A stretch of DNA of 64,000 nt from Nitrospirota bacterium (lineage in GTDB: Bacteria > Nitrospinota_A > UBA7883). Under the pieces are notes generated by a model, which was not told where the DNA came from, did not search any database, and saw only the letters and a program-made list of their open reading frames with translations. This document shows, in pieces, positions 62,407 through 64,000 of this stretch (the stretch's first letter is position 1; every line of letters starts with the position of its first letter). The stretch lies in assembly GCA_024275315.1 (NCBI GenBank), contig JAJRZK010000012.1:1869-65868 (forward strand). Reading direction: 5' to 3'. The position numbers were made by a program, and so were the translations under genes.

Positions 62407-63417
62407 ATGATCGGCAAATTGTATAACGTGGCCGTGGTTGGCGCGACCGGCGTGGTCGGCCAGGAGATGATGAAAATCCTGGAGCAAAGAAATTTCCCGG
62501 TAAACGATCTGCGCCCGCTGGCCTCGATCCGGTCCGAGGGGGTGGAAATAGCGTTTAAAGACGATACGTGGACGGTCGAAGAGCTTACCCGCGAATCGTT
62601 CGAAGGGATTGACATCGCCCTGTTTTCCGCAGGCGCCGATCGAAGCGTGGAGTTCGCCCCCGCCGCCGTGGAATCGGGGGCGGTGGTGATAGACAACTCC
62701 TCCGCGTTTCGTATGGATCCGGATACGCCGCTTGTGGCGCCGGAGGTGAACCCGGGAGCCATTGACAGGCACAACGGCATAATCGCGAACCCGAACTGTT
62801 CCACCATCCAGTTGGTGGTGGCGTTAAAGCCGTTGCATGACGCCGCCAGGATCAGGAGGGTTGTGGTGAGCACATACCAGTCCGTCTCCGGTGGCGGCAG
62901 GGCGGCGATGGAGGATCTGAGCCGGCAGACGCGGGATATTTTCAATTTCAGCCCGGTCGAACCCGAAAAGTTTCCGCACCAGATAGCGTTCAACTGCATA
63001 CCTCATATCGACGTGTTCATGGACGGCGGTTATACGAAAGAAGAGATCAAGATGATCAACGAGACCAAAAAGATCATGGAAGACGACACCATCAAGTTGA
63101 CGGTGACCAGCGTGCGTGTTCCGGTGTTCTATGGCCACAGCGAATCGGTGAACATCGAGTTTGAACGGCGTATTTCCGCGCAACAGGCGCGGGATATCCT
63201 GGCGTCGGCGCCCGGGGTGGAAGTCGTGGACGACCCGGACGAGGCGAAATATCCCATGGCCATCGACGCGGCTGGCAAGGACCCGGTGTATGTCGGCAGG
63301 ATTCGCGAGGATGACACCGTGGACCATGGGCTGAACTTGTGGATAGTGTCCGACAACATACGCAAAGGCGCCGCGCTCAACGCCGTTCAGATCGCCGAGA
63401 AACTTGTGGAGGAATAA
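62407..63417 (+). CDS. asd: aspartate-semialdehyde dehydrogenase
   Basis: 336 aa. VAVVGATG.VGQ, the active-site NPNCSTI, and SDN.RKGAALNAVQIAE. Confidence 0.95.
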   Translation: MIGKLYNVAVVGATGVVGQEMMKILEQRNFPVNDLRPLASIRSEGVEIAFKDDTWTVEELTRESFEGIDIALFSAGADRSVEFAPAAVESGAVVIDNSSAFRMDPDTPLVAPEVNPGAIDRHNGIIANPNCSTIQLVVALKPLHDAARIRRVVVSTYQSVSGGGRAAMEDLSRQTRDIFNFSPVEPEKFPHQIAFNCIPHIDVFMDGGYTKEEIKMINETKKIMEDDTIKLTVTSVRVPVFYGHSESVNIEFERRISAQQARDILASAPGVEVVDDPDEAKYPMAIDAAGKDPVYVGRIREDDTVDHGLNLWIVSDNIRKGAALNAVQIAEKLVEE

Positions 63418-63461
63418 AAACATACTGCTCCACAAAATATCAAAATAGAAGACCAGACCCC

Positions 63462-64000
63462 TTATTTGGATCCCTTTTTCGGCGGACCCCCTATTTCGGA
63501 GCGTCTGCTTGATAGACTTGTTAATCTAGCATGTTCGTCGTATACCAGCTTGCCTTCTTCCAGATAATCCTCATAGAATGTTGACGCCTTCTTCGGCGCA
63601 TCGACAAAGAAGTTACCTTCATCCTCATAGGTACGTAGATAGTCATATAGATAAGACACACTATTTTGCGCCACTTCCAGTTTGGGGATGTGCATAGTCT
63701 CCTTTGAGTCTAGATGCGCAACAAATTTGTCTCGATACGACCGCATCTCCGTTATGTAGTTCTCAAATTCAGTCTCAGTTGTCTTGAGTTCCTGCAACAC
63801 ACCATTGAAAAAGCCTTCTTGATCTCGGATGACATTTTGCCAAGAGTGTTTGCCACTGGAATCTGCAAAAAGCTTGCACCACTCCATTACAAAGATGTCT
63901 AAAAAATTTCCGTTAGCATTCACCCAAAACTGTTTTTCGAATACCGGGATATTTCTCCGGCTACCCGCCCTATAGAATGCTAAGTTCCGAAGGCAATGGC
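63462..64000 (-). CDS. hypothetical protein with an R-x5-H (HEPN-like) motif; the N-terminus lies right of the window
   Basis: The track ORF starts at a GTG (63923), but I read the frame as open up to 63998 (...HCLRNLAFYRAGSRRNIPVFEKQFW-VNANG...), so the gene probably continues beyond the window. Motif YRDKFVAHLD at complement(63714..63734). Low G+C. Confidence 0.5.
   Translation of the reverse strand, partial: HCLRNLAFYRAGSRRNIPVFEKQFWVNANGNFLDIFVMEWCKLFADSSGKHSWQNVIRDQEGFFNGVLQELKTTETEFENYITEMRSYRDKFVAHLDSKETMHIPKLEVAQNSVSYLYDYLRTYEDEGNFFVDAPKKASTFYEDYLEEGKLVYDEHARLTSLSSRRSEIGGPPKKGSK

Noticed and set aside
62076-62999. 307-aa '-'-strand ORF spanning the leuB/asd junction
   Set aside because: It crosses an intergenic spacer and is antisense to two textbook housekeeping genes. 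It has an S/A/P/R-rich composition.

Overview
This is a 64-kb chromosomal segment from a diderm (Gram-negative) bacterium, shown by lpxB, fabZ and many lipobox lipoproteins. It is densely coding. I support about 60 CDS, one tRNA-Ala(GGC), and several small repeats and regulatory sites. I cannot assign a taxon from sequence alone.

Most of the window is ordinary core genome:
- Iron, repair and nucleoid: bfr, nnr, HU, recG, sixA.
- Lipid and envelope: fabZ-fabI, lpxB, a GT2 polyprenol-phosphate sugar synthase.
- Regulation: an ECF sigma/anti-sigma pair.
- Amino acid and cofactor metabolism: argF-argD, mtnA, a KamA-family radical SAM enzyme, moaA, leuB, asd.
- Transport: a SulP transporter.
- Sulfur relay: dsrEFH/tusDCB-type genes.
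- Translation: DUF503-rbfA-truB, rpsU.
- Copper resistance: copZ-csoR-copA.

No transposase, integrase, reverse transcriptase, CRISPR array or rRNA is visible.

The parts worth a second look are:
1. An envelope operon of three FlgO-like lipoproteins plus a PEGA protein, far from any flagellar genes. A 6 x 75-bp in-phase tandem array sits exactly between two of its genes.
2. A 1350-aa protein that fuses a MinD/ParA-like P-loop domain to about 1000 aa of coiled coil. It is divergent from a four-gene sensory operon. That operon opens with an unrecognised secreted protein built from 16 repeats of about 38 aa, each with a P-x-[DE]-V-[YF] motif. It continues with a kinase-less Cache/HAMP/PAS sensor, a pseudo-receiver-TPR protein and a hybrid histidine kinase.
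3. A same-strand signalling row: a sigma54 activator, an orphan GAF-GspE/PilB-type ATPase, two CheB-type receiver-only paralogs and a kinase-less HPt protein.
4. A 97-bp tandem duplication of the 5' end of the sigma54 activator gene.
5. An unusual density of unrelated 12-21-bp tandem arrays in intergenic spacers, some built from palindromes.
6. A promoter-to-terminator unit upstream of hup that could be an sRNA or a small ORF.
7. Low-G+C sequence at both window edges, carrying a restriction-nuclease-like gene on the left and a HEPN-motif gene on the right.

All functional calls come from reading the translations by eye. No database search was run.
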